Below the pieces are notes generated by a model, which was given only the letters and a program-made list of their open reading frames with translations, ran no database searches and was not told the DNA's origin. 50,963 nt of DNA from Octopus bimaculoides (lineage: Eukaryota). The stretch is taken from the NCBI RefSeq assembly GCF_001194135.2, contig NC_068994.1, forward strand, positions 24,777,202-24,828,164, given 5' to 3'. Shown piece after piece: positions 20,558 through 31,857 of the stretch; position 1 is the stretch's first letter, and each line of letters starts with the position of its first letter. The position numbers and the translations under genes are program-made.

Positions 20558-23199
20558 ACTATGTATTGGCTGTTTAAATGTGTGTGGCTTGGGGTTGAAA
20601 AGGAAGCAAGTATGTTTCCTCGACGATCTCAGGACACATAGAATCAATGGGATGGTCACTACAGAGACCAAGCTGGACAAGCTGCAGGCATTCTGAACAG
20701 CTAAGAAGAAATCATGTCTCCTAGTCGGATGGGACGGAGGGGAGGGGTTGTAGCTTTGTTCCAGAAAAACTTGGCTCTGCAAACACATATACTCTTCGTG
20801 GACCCAGAAGGCAAGTCAGTCGTTCTGGATCTGACATACAGAGGTAAGGCCTTCAGGTTGGTGGGCATTTATGCGCCGAATACAATAGGCAAATGGAATG
20901 AGTTCTATCAACGCCTAGAGGATTTTCTGGTGACGTCAAAGACACTAGTTGTGTTAGGTGATTTTAATGCTATCCTCGATGCACACTTGGATAGCATAGG
21001 CTCAAATGATAGGAGATGTAACTCATGCCTCGTTGATCTGATGATGCGATTTAGGCTGGTGGATCGATTCAGACTTGATAATCCGAGCGTGCCAATGTGG
21101 GCTTGGACTAATCACGACAGATCAATCAGGTCTTACATAGACAGGATTATAGTTAACGCTAGAGATAAGTCTAGTTTTAGCTGTCCACAATATACCTATG
21201 TACCCTACACAGATCACAAATTAGTGACATGTAGGTTGCATATAGATAAGGTCCATAGACAGGGATCTGGCTATTGGAAGTTGAACAAGTCTCTATTGAA
21301 TTGCGAAACTTACTGTAGCCAGATTAAGGTGTTAGCTATGAGGGCACTAACCAGCACTGTGTTAAATAACTGGTGGTGGGGTGCCCTCAAAAGAGACATT
21401 CGAATTGAGTTGATTAGATTTAGCAAACAGCTAAGTTTAGAGCAGACGAGAATAGAAAGAGATTTAGTCAAGGCGTTAGAAGAGGCACTGAGAGTGGGCT
21501 CTGCACCCCAAGTTTTGGCGGCGAGATCAGCTTGGACCAACACTTCAATGCCAAACACGAAGAATGCAGATTTTGGGCTAAAGTACGTGCACTGGGTTGC
21601 GAGAGTATCAATGTTGCCAGGTGGGCTTGCTCGGTAGAAACCCAACGTGGCATGGATGCTACGATTAAGTCTGTAGTTAACGAACAAGGACAGGAAATTG
21701 AAGGACAAGAGGAAATGTGCAAGGCCTTTCACGAGCACTTTGCTGCGTTGTTTGGGAGGAACGGGACATTGGACCATGGAGATTCCCTCCGGGATTTCCT
21801 GGCCGGTGGCCCATGTCCTTCGGCATGTGATGCTGAGCACTGTGATGGGCCTATCATGGCTGAGGAAATTATAGAGGTGCTTTCCGAGTGCCCCGGGGAC
21901 AAGTCACCGGGATTGGATGGTCTACTTTATTAATTTTATAAAAGTATACCAGACTTGTTCGGGAACATACTGGCCAATGTTTACGCAAACTGGCAGCAGA
22001 GTGGGTGAATTCCCAAATCCGTGAGCTGAGGACTGGTGATACAGATCAGGAAGGACCTGAGCAAGCGGGATAACCTAAACAATTTTAGGCCCATTACTCT
22101 GCTAAACACAGAGTTAAAGATTTTGGCCCAGGTGTTAGCCAAGAGAAGGAGGATTGCTGTAGGTGACCTGGTAGGAGAGGCGCAGACATGCGCCATCTCA
22201 GGGAGGTCGATATTCAACAACCTTCATCTCATACGCTACACCATAGAGAAAGTGGGTAAAGGTGGGGCATTGGGGAATTTAGATCAGTCTAAGGCATTCG
22301 ATAGGGTCAACAATCGGTATCTGGCAGCAGTCCTCCGGGCGGTCGAACTGGGCCTGACTTTCCGAGGCTTGATCGAAGCTATATATTGCAACAGCGAATC
22401 TGTAGTCTTGGTGAATGGGTTCTTCTCGAGCCCATTCGTGATTGAACATTTGGTTCGCCAGGGTTGCCCCTTGTCCCCGCTCCTGTATGTATTGACTCTT
22501 GAGCCACTGCTGCGGAGATTGGGGATGATGGGGGAGACCTGCGTAATTTATGTTATGGTAGAAGTGTGACGGCATATGCAGATGATATTGCCATCATCAT
22601 ATCTAATGAAGGGCAGCTACTTCATGAAGAAGATGCCATCAAAGGATACAAATCAGTAGCAGTGGCAAAATTAACCAGGAAAAATCAGTCGGCTTGCAAC
22701 TCGGCACCTGGCAAGGCAAGTCGATGCCTCCTAATAGCGTCGTCGGACGCTGGACAGAGGCCCCAGTTAAATTTGTAACCCCAACACCACTACCCCTTCC
22801 CCTGTAAGACTGTCCGTTGTTTGTCTCTGGCCCCTCGTTTGTGCTGTTCTATGTATGCCTTTATAGGCAATAAAGAAATTCGCTCAGTGTTTGTTGATTC
22901 TTTGACATGCATTTGAGTCAAGCTGCCACATGCACACCAGCTCATGCGCACATTCACCTCACTTACTTGGAGACATGTGATAGCAAACAGAATATATTCA
23001 TGTAGTGCTACAAACTTTCCTTCAATTAACCTTATATGTTAAAGCATTACCTCCAGTAATAAATATGTTATGACTTATTACAAACGTCTCACAAATTCCT
23101 ATTTTCTTGTTATTACGTAAAAGATGGTGACCCTTCTTTCTCTTCTACTCATTAAATTATAGTGTGTCATTTAATCAACATTTCCACTATAAAATGGTA

Positions 23200-23540
23200 A
23201 CCCTGATGTCACTATAAACCCATTAGAGAGCAACTGATATTTTGACAGTTTGCTTTTCTCAGCTTGACGAGCAACGAGCAACGGAGCCTGGGCTGGTAAC
23301 TGAACACAGCAAGTTGCTGCTGGAGAAATGTCACAGCATGTGGCATCCCATGGAACAGTAAAAAAACTGTCATACCATCAGGCCTTTTACCGTCCCATCG
23401 GTGTAGCCCTGCTAGCTCAGGCTGGGATGGGAAGTTATGCTTTATGATTTCGTTAAAGGTGGCATGATGTGGAAGGTGGCCAGCATACATACTTTCCTGT
23501 CTTGTTTTTTGTCCGCCACTACATTCCTCCATGGCAAGAT
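23200..23540 (-). mobile_element. RLE endonuclease fragment of a CRE-like non-LTR retrotransposon
   Basis: HATFNEIIKH..FPSQPELAGLHRWDGKRPDGMT, then (frameshift) PWDATCCD...AEKSKLSKY. The RH..LN..I / GKRPDG / WDATC pattern is typical of CRE-type RLEs. Confidence 0.65.
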
Positions 23541-23817
23541 TTAATTTGTGTATACAAATTTAATTTGCGGTCCATGGGAAGAGCCGTCTTAACGATGCGT
23601 CCTGCCCAGCTCTTCGAAACGCCGGTGTTAAAACGGGGGTAGCTGATAAAGTAGAATGTTCTCTATGTGGCTTGTGTGTTTTCTCATCTACGTTTTGTTT
23701 GCAATGTCCTGTACCCATATATGCACCTATACATACAGGTGGATGTCGGTATGCACATACCTGTACGTATATATGCATATACTCATTTACTATTTATTTT
23801 TACATACATACATACAT

Positions 23818-25140
23818 AAGCATTGACCTAGTTACAATATTCTCAAAGGATGTTGGGTTGGAGTTTGGTCAGGATAAATGTTGTTATAGGATTGTGAAAA
23901 GGAGGAAAACTATAAACCAGACTAGCAACATCTTCATCAATGATTTGACTGTTTCCTCTGTATTTGACGAGAAATGGTACAGGTATCTAGGGGTGGATGA
24001 AAACACATATTACAATGGGCACCTGTAACAAAGCACATGTCACTAGAGAATATTACAGGAGAATAAAGAAAATTTGAACCTCAGAACTCTCTGCATTCAA
24101 TAAAACAGTGGCCCACAATGTGTTTGCAGTGCCAGTACTCATACCAGCATTTGGGCTGCTTGATTGGATGCATGATGAGATCTAAGCCATTTATGTGAAA
24201 ACCCAAAAGAGACTAACAAACATACATAATTTCCACATAAACAGTGACGTAGACTGCCCCTACCTAAAACAAAAACAAGGCGGCAGAGGCCAAAATGCCT
24301 TTGAATGTCATATCAAATCCCTTCAGCAACATCTTTTAACCACCAAGTGTTGAAGTACATTCCTTGACTAAATTTGCATACATGTCGTTGATGACATCAT
24401 AAGACTTGGAAGGCAGCTTCTTGAGCAGTTTATCATGGACCAATAGCTGGATTTCTACCTCCCACTTTGAAGGGTATGTGTTTGCATTCCAAGAATAGGA
24501 AATATCAACCAAGTACCGGATGCACAAAAGGGATAGAGATGCAGGAAAAGCAGTAGAATGTAACAGCTGATGCAGACTTTATGGAGTTCACACTGAAGAT
24601 ATCATCCATATCATAAGTAGTTGTCCGAAAATGTCATCATAGTATTATCTACCGATGAGACATGATGTTGTAGCTAGGACTCTCTATAAAGAAATCCATC
24701 AGGAAGATAACCCCAAGGACATAGAAATCAGAACTGACATTATGGTAGAAGCCATAGCCACTCATAATAAAAAGGAGTACTGATGGAATGTCTCAATGAA
24801 GACCTCAGTAAAGTGTAAGCACAACAGACCTGATATAATGAACTGGGATAGAGAAATAGAAACTGTGCACAGTTGTGGGAATTAGTTGCCCAGCAGATGT
24901 TAACATAAAAGAGAATACCTATGCTGAACTATTGAAAAATCTGCAGGTACTCTATCCAGATTACAAATTTAGGTTTATACCTGTAATTATTGGGACACTG
25001 GGTTATGTAACACACTGCATAAATAACAATCCCAAAGATGGAGCTTTGTATCTTTGTTGGAAACCGGCTCCCTCCTCAATGGAAGATTTATAATACGCAA
25101 AAAAATAGAAGATACATACATGCATACATTCATACATACA
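23818..25140 (+). mobile_element. 5'-truncated R4/Dong-clade element (RT end, CCHC, RLE, 3' UTR)
   Basis: IDLVTIFSKDVGLEFGQDKC; YRYLGVDE; CRLYGVHTEDIIHIISSCP; RHDVVAR; KHNRPDIM; IPVIIGTLG. Flanked on both sides by (TACA)n. Confidence 0.85.
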
Positions 25141-25144
25141 TATA

Positions 25145-26015
25145 CATTGGGGCCCTGGGATATGGTTAACACACTCCCTAAATATCAATGAGCTTGTGTA
25201 GATATGTAACTATAAGCATGAGAATACATACATAAAACATACAAATCTGCACATACATACATGCATACATGCATGCATACATACATACATACATACATAC
25301 ATACAAAAACACCCTGTTGTTGATGTTGAAATTCCAATGTAGAAACCTTGGATCTAGGTTAGAAACCGGTTCTTTCTCTATTGGCAAAAAGTCTTGAAAT
25401 AAACTGAATAAGGATATACATATATACATACATAAATACATACATACATACATGCATGCATGCATGCATGCATGCATACATACATTCATGCATACATACA
25501 TACATTCATGCGTACATACATACATACATACATTCATACATACATACATACATACATACATACATACATACATACACACATACATACATACATACAAAGT
25601 TGATTCAAAGACTACAGATCCAATCTATCACTGGAAGTGTAAAAAATCTATAAAACTTTCCAAAAGTTTATTATTTAGATATATATGAGCATGTCTAGTT
25701 ATGCAACTATATGCATGAGAATACATACATAAAACAGGCAAATCTGCACATACATACATACATACATACATACATACAAAAATACACTGTTGTTCATGTT
25801 GAAATTCCAATGAAGGAGCCTTGGATCTAGGCTAGAAACGAGCTCTTTCTCTATTGGCAAGAAATCTTGAAATAAACTGAATAATGACACAGATACATAC
25901 CTTACTGTTGATGTTGAAATTCCAATGAAGGAGCTCTGGTGGATCTAGGTTAGAAACCGCCTCTTTCTCTATTGGCAAAAAAAAAATCTTGAAATAAAAC
26001 TGAATAATGACACAG
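25145..26015 (+). repeat. Tandem array of 5'-truncated R4-like 3' ends separated by (ATAC)n
   Basis: Units start at about 25148 (IGALGY-like), 25597 (KLIQRLQIQSITGSVK, the ORF C-terminus) and 25901. Each carries the gaaattccaatg...gaataatgac UTR block. Confidence 0.85.
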
Positions 26016-26779
26016 ATATTTTTTTACCAGTACGGGCTTCCGTACTTGCTGCAACTGTGACTGCTGTGTTCTGTTCACTTTGATTCGTGAATGTTGTTAG
26101 TACCCGGATGTTCAGCATTTCATTATGGCTTCCTTTGAGGTAAGTGTTATTTTAACTGATAAACATTACACTAATTTTCCAGAATCATTTTTCTCCGTTT
26201 TTTTGTTTCTGTTTTTCCTTTTTTTTGTGTGTGTTGCTCTGCACGAAGAAATCCTGCTTTTGTGTTTTGATAGCTCTTTACGGTCGTTTATTCATTCTTT
26301 TCTTTTTTGATATGTATTCGATCCGGTTGCAAACATCTGAAAACCTTTCTTAGATTCTCATCTTATTTGGTTGTGTCTCATTTTGGAATTAAGAGATCAA
26401 TATATTTTTATTTTCCTTAAAAAGCATGATTAAATACTGTAATGATTTTTACCCTTCACACACACATATATATATATACACGGCATTTTACTGGTCAGAA
26501 TGTTAACTTCGGTATTACTCTGAACAGTTTAATAGCGTAACTCTACTGCTCGATTGTATATGTATAAAAAAAAAATCTATTACTCATATTGAATGTGCTT
26601 TTTCGGACTCCTGGACAAATAACTGATCACACGCATACACGATATACGCCTGTTCGGTGAAACATACACAGGCCAGTTAGAATGAACTCAGTGTGAAATC
26701 TTAAATATATAATATATGTAAATGTAAGGTTTATATATATTATATATATATAAGGTTGACATGTATATTTATAAATGAA

Positions 26780-26985
26780 TGTGTGTGTGTATATTTGTCC
26801 CCTACCACTGCTTGTCAACCAGTGTTGGTTTGTTTACCTTCACGTAGTGTAGCGGTTAGACAATAAAAAAAAATTCTGAAATAAATACCAGGCTTAAAAA
26901 AAAAAGTAATGTGGTTGATTTGTGCAACTGAAGCCTTTCAGGCGATGCCCCAGCTTAGCCGCAGTTCACTGGCTAAAACAAATAA
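26780..26985 (+). mobile_element. SINE 3' half (degenerate)
   Basis: Homologous by eye to SINE tails at 31298-31500 and 39942-40140. Confidence 0.65.
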
Positions 26986-27011
26986 CACACACACACACAC
27001 ATATAAAAACA

Positions 27012-27330
27012 ATAGCAGAGATACCCGGCGTTGCTCGGGATTAAAACGGCATAGTTTTTTATTGATTTACTTGTTTCAGTCATGTGACTGCAGCCATGCT
27101 GGAGCACCGCCTTTAGTCGAACAAATAGATCCCAGAATTAATTCTTTGTAGGCCTAGTACTTATTCTATCAGTGTCTTTTATCGAACCGCTAAGTTACTG
27201 GGACGTAAACACAGCAACATCGGGTGTCAAGCAATGGTAGGGGTACAAACACACACAAATATATACATATATATGACAGTCTTCTTTCAGTTTCCATGTA
27301 CGAAATCCACTCACAAGGCTTTGGTCGGGC
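27012..27330 (-). mobile_element. Composite: SINE body joined to a Helitron-type 3' end
   Basis: On the minus strand a SINE tail runs into a cccgagcaacgccggg hairpin, 8 nt, then CTAT (CTAG in sister copies). Same junction as 48677-48940. Confidence 0.65.
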
Positions 27331-27341
27331 CTGGAGCTATA

Positions 27342-27379
<38 letters not shown>

Positions 27380-27455
27380 CTCATTTACTGTTTTACTTGT
27401 TTCAATCAAATGAATTCGTTTGGGTAGTTCTCGAGTTTTAGTAATGCACACATAA

Positions 27456-27779
27456 AGGAGCACTCCGTCGGTTACGACGATGAGGGTCCCAGCTGATACA
27501 ATCAACAGAACAGCTTGCTTGTGAAACTAACTTGCAAGTGACTGAGCAATCCACAGACACGTGTACCCCTAACGTAGTTCTCAGGGAGATTCAGCATGAC
27601 ACAGAGTGTGACAAGGCTGGCCCTTTAAAATACAAGTACTACTCATTTTTGCCAGCTGAGTGGACTGGAGCAACGTGAAATAAAGTGTGTTGCTCAAGGA
27701 CACAACGCATTGCCGAGAATTGAACTCACAACCTTACGTTCATGAGCTGAAAGCCCTAACCACTAAGCCACATCCCTTC
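27456..27779 (-). mobile_element. tRNA-headed SINE with CORE/V-like central domain
   Basis: Minus strand: A-box TGGCTTAGTGG, B-box AGTTCAATTC, gtgtccttgagcaacacactt core; tail shared with 8200-8378. Confidence 0.8.
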
Positions 27780-27902
27780 ACAATGCACACATACACAGAG
27801 ACAGACACACATTCTCAGTTTTTCGTATATATATATATATATATATATATATNNNNNNNNNNATACGTATGTATATATATATATATATATGTATGTATGT
27901 AC

Positions 27903-28430
27903 AAAAAAAGCGTCTTTTTTATGGTGAGCTCAACTCTGGTAAGCAACCACAACATAAGCCAAGAAAAAGGTATAAAGACTGAAGGAAAACCTGAAGAAAC
28001 TAGATATGAACAAAAGTGATTGGGAAAATGATACTCAAGATTGGAACAAAGTGGAAAGGCGCCGTTAGGACTGGTTGTAATGCCTGGAAGAAAAAGATGA
28101 TCCAGCACTCTGAACTTAAAAGGGCCTGTCACAAAGGAACAATTGGAACTGTAATCAACAGTGAACATTGGATATGTATTATATGTGACCATGTTCTGTT
28201 GTCAAAAGCAGGATATGTAAACCATATGAAGTCACATGAAAATCATAATGCCTGGATAGGTAATGATCTTGGACACCAACCACCTCTTACAACTTGTGTC
28301 ATATGTCAAAAAACTTGTAAGACAATATCTGGACTCAAAAGACATATGCTACTTCACAAAAACATTCCTTCAGAATCAGATTCCAAAGGGCGAAGTTATA
28401 GAAGAAAATTAATATCTGTCACTTGTGTTT
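27903..28430 (+). mobile_element. RTE-like LINE 3' coding fragment with two C2H2-like fingers
   Basis: KRLFYGELNSGKQPQHKPRKRYKD...WKGAVRTGC...ELKRA; CIICDHVLLSKAGYVNHMKSH and CVICQKTCKTISGLKRHMLLH. Confidence 0.75.
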
Positions 28431-28592
28431 TGTGACTTGTGTTTTAAACCCTGTCAGTCAGCAGCTGGTCATAAGAGTCATCGAAGGGCTCATCAACGGA
28501 ATGATTGTACTTTGTGGTGTAAGTGTTGATGGGACGGCTATCATCTCTCAGGATGAAGCAATCATCATGTATATACATGTAAGTATATATAT

Positions 28593-28919
28593 GCTGAGAC
28601 CTCCTTCAGTCATGACTGACCATGGGATTGCAACTAGTATGTTACCCTCCCAGGCACAAGTCTGGGCAAGGTTGTTTATGGAAGAGCAGCATACCAGCCT
28701 CCCCTCTCCACGCCACTGATGTTATCCAAGGGAAAGGCAAGGTCCGATACATCTTGGCACCTGTGACGTCACTACTCATTTCCACAGCTGAGTGAACTGG
28801 AGCAACATGAAATAAAGTGTCTTGCTCAAGAACACAACATGCAGCCTGGTCAGGGATTCAAACTCACAACCTCACGATCATAAGTTCAACCCTCTAACCA
28901 CTGAGCCATGTGCCTTCAC
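28593..28919 (-). mobile_element. tRNA-headed SINE, same head and core as 27620-27779 but a different 3' tail
   Basis: Minus strand: TGGCTCAGTGG A-box, AGTTTGAATCC B-box-like, gtgttcttgagcaagacactt core. Confidence 0.78.
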
Positions 28920-28941
28920 AAGTATATATATATGTATATAT

Positions 28942-30679
28942 AGACAGCTGCAGGAGAAATACCTAGCCAAAGATAAACCACTGTACCTGGCTTTCGTTAA
29001 CATGGAGAAAGCTTTTGACAGGGTCCCCCGTACCCTTATCTGGTGGTCAATGAAGAAACTAGGGATAGATGAATGGTTAGTGAGAGCTGTGCGAGCCATG
29101 TACAGGGACGCTGTCAGTAAGGTAAGGGTTGGCAACAAGTACAGTGAAGAATTCCGGCTAGAGGTAGGGGTCCACCAAGGTTCAGTTCTCAGTCCCCTCC
29201 TATTTATCATAGTCCTCCAGGCAATAACAGAGGAATCAAGACAGGATGCCCCTGGGAGCTCCTCTATCTTGATGACCTTGCTCTAATTGCTTAGTCACTA
29301 TCAGAACTAGAGGAGAAGTTTCAGGTGTGGAGGCAAGGATTAGAATCGAAGGGCCTTAGAGTCAACCTAGCTAAAACCAAAGTCCTAATAAGTAGGAAGG
29401 TAGACAAACCACAAACTCCTTCAGGTAGATGGCCCTGCTCGATCTGTAGAAAAGGTGTAGGTAGAAACTCTATAAGATGTACCCAGTGTAAGCTATGGAC
29501 ACAAGAGGTGCAGCAATATCAATGGAAAGCTAACTAGGAAGATAGTTTTTGTATGTGGCAGATGCTCAGGAGCAATAAACACTGAAAATGTGCAGAGAAC
29601 AACTTTGGCCACATTCCAGGGAGAAAAACTAGAAGTAGTTGATAGCTTCCGTTACCTAGGTGACCAAGTCAGTAGTGGAGGAGGGTGCGCTGAAAGTGTA
29701 GCTGCTAGAATAAGAATAGCCTGGGAAAAGTTCAGAGAGCTCTTACCTCTGCTGGTGACAAAGGGCCTCTTGCTCAGAGTAAAAGGCAGACTGTATGACG
29801 CATCTATACGAACAGCCATGCTACATGGCAGTGAAACATGGGCCGTGACTGCTGAGGACATGCGTAAGCTCGCAAGAAATGAAGCCAGTATGCTCCGATG
29901 GATGTGTAATGTCAGTGTGCATATTCGACAGAGTGTAAGTACCTTGAAAGAAAAGTTGGACCTAAGAAGCATCTGTTGTGTGCAAGAGAGACGATTGCGC
30001 TGGTATGGTCATGTGGTGAGAATAGATGAGGATAGCTGTGTGAAAATGTGATACATCCTGGCAGTTGAGGGCACCTGTGGAAGTGATAGACCAAGGAAGA
30101 CCTGGGATGAGGTGGTGAAGCATGACCTTCAAACATTAGGCCTCACCGAGGCAATGACTAGTGACCGAGTCCTTTGGAAATATGCTGTGCGTGAGAAGAC
30201 CCAGCAAGCCCACCTATGCATACCTTTCCTTCATTGGACACTAAACTCTGCTTGCGAAGATCTGTTGGGGCAAGTGAAATCAAAATCGTGATTTATCCAA
30301 ATTCGATGACTGGCACCTGTGCCAGTGGAGCACTAACAGCACCGTCCAAGGATGATCATTGCTAGAGCAGCTGTCTGGCTTCCATGCCGGTGGCACGTAA
30401 ATAGCACCATTTGAGCATGATCATTACCAGTGTCGCCTTACTGGCGCATGGAAAAACATTCGAACGAGGTCGTTGCCAGTGTCGCTGGACTAGCCCTTAT
30501 GCCAGTGGCACGTGAAAGCACCCACTACACCCTCAGAGTGGTTGGCGTTAGGAATGGCATCCAGCTGTAGAAACTCTGCCAGATCAGATTGGAGCCTGGT
30601 GCAGCCATCTGATTCGCCAGTCCTCAGTCAAATCGTCCAACCCATACCAGCATGGAAAGCGGACGTTAAACGATGATGA

Positions 30680-30683
<4 letters not shown>
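28942..30683 (+). mobile_element. 5'-truncated RTE-clade LINE (RT with PHD-like insert, long 3' UTR, (GAT)n tail)
   Basis: AFVNMEKAFDRVP, GVHQGSVLSPLLF, FRYLGD, AMLHGSETW, RRLRWYGHV. The 3' end reads ggcgttaggaatggcatccagc...ggacgttaaacgatgatgatg. Confidence 0.9.
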
Positions 30684-30724
<41 letters not shown>

Positions 30725-30727
<3 letters not shown>

Positions 30728-31500
30728 GCGCAGGAGTGGCTGTGTCGTAAGTAGCTTACTTACCAACCACATGATTCCGGGTTCAGTCCCACTGCACGTC
30801 ACCTTGGGCAAGTGTCTTCTACTATAGCCTTGGGCTGACCAAAGCCTTGTAAATGGATTTTGTAGACGGAAACTGAAAGAAGCCCATCATATATATATAT
30901 ATATATGTATATGTATATAGATAGATAAACTTAGAAATGCATGCGTGGTGTTCAATCATATAATAATATAAATAAAATATACATATATATATGGGTACAT
31001 GATGTCACAAAACGTAAGCAACATGAAGTACGAAGACAAACTTGGATATGCAAATAAGAGAAACATGGAAAACAAGACAAGTAACATAAAGAACGATCTT
31101 TCATCAGTTGTCGGCTGTCCATCTACTCCTCATTTTGAGCATTTAACGACAATTTGAGGCTTCGAAAGGCAGTTGTTTCTGCCAACCACAATAAAATTTG
31201 GGATTTGCGGAGAGTTTAAGTTGGTAACAAAAACAGGACAGTGGAGACATACAACAAACCAAATGTAAACAAACATGGAGGGCCGTTAGGCCAGACATGT
31301 AGATGTTTGTATCCCACAACATTGCTCGACAACCAATGTTGGTGTGTTTATGTCCCCATAACCTAGTTGTTCAGCAAAAAAGACCAATAGAATAAGTACT
31401 AGGCTTACAAAGAATAAGTCCTGGGGCTGTTTTGCTCGACTAAAGGTGGTGTTCCAGCATAGCCGCAGTCAAATTACTGAAACAAGTAAAAAGATAACAG
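30725..31500 (+). mobile_element. tRNA-headed SINE split at its internal (TA/TG)n by an unclassified repeat (about 30990-31295)
   Basis: Head 30725-30890 (TGGCTGTGTCG, GGTTCAGTCCC, accttgggcaagtg); tail 31298-31500 ending gaaacaagtaaaaag. Confidence 0.75.
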
Positions 31501-31857
31501 AATGTGTATATATGTATATATATAGATATATATATGTGTTCGTGTGTGTATATGTGTATGTATGTACATATATATGTATGTATATATGTATGTATGTATG
31601 TATATATGTACGNNNNNNNNNNGGTGCCATCCATTTTTATTTTATTTTATTTTATATTATATATTGTATATTCCATATTCTATACCCCACATTGGTTCTG
31701 CAGGAATATAAATAAAACATAAAAAACAGACAGTGTTGGAACTCTTTTAAACAAAATAATATATATATATATATATGCATATTTATGATGGCCGTCCACT
31801 TGTGACCGAGGAAGACCATTGCTGACCTTCAGGAACATTGTGCACTCTAGGACTAAC

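Larger units (their letters stand above)
17354..22770 (+). pseudogene. Tx1-like ORF2 of copy 2 (APE-RT), split by the RTE insertion 17371-20557
   Basis: Empty-site reconstruction reads MATLCIGCLNVCGLGLKRKQVCFLDDLRTHRING, homologous to copy 1 MVTSNIRCLNVRGLGSKRKQACFLDDLRSHRINV. RT motifs NFRPITLLN, LDQSKAFDRV, VRQGCPLSP, AYADD. Confidence 0.88.
15451..22880 (+). mobile_element. Tx1/L1-clade retrotransposon, copy 2 (interrupted by RTE; internal deletion after RT)
   Basis: 5' UTR begins actcagtgt directly after the 3' end of copy 1. ORF1 15723-17304; ORF2 starts at 17354 and resumes at 20567. Same 3' UTR end as copy 1 at 22790-22880. Confidence 0.9.

Noticed and set aside
23578-23620. 7-bp stem GAAGAGC/GCTCTTC followed by GAAAC
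   Set aside because: No CUGANGA-like core upstream and no NUH or stem I in register.
25806-25846. R4 3'-UTR motif CCAAUGA...stem...GAAACCGGUU as a hammerhead
   Set aside because: The core reads CCAAUGA or CCAAUGU (G5 lost) in all four UTR copies, stem I does not pair next to the core, and the ACCGGU palindrome is lost in two of them. Kept only as a structured UTR.
25178-25890. MYVC/HTYI-repeat ORFs, and the array as a possible CRISPR
   Set aside because: These are translations of (ATAC)n. The units are LINE 3' ends of unequal length without unique spacers, and there are no cas genes in this eukaryotic DNA.
30725-30800. tRNA genes at SINE heads (also 27700-27779, 28840-28919, 45505-45578, 48550-48627)
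   Set aside because: A and B boxes are present but no complete cloverleaf is evident; they are followed by SINE or PLE bodies.
31095-31112. CUGAUGA on the minus strand
   Set aside because: No stem II and no GAAA follow.
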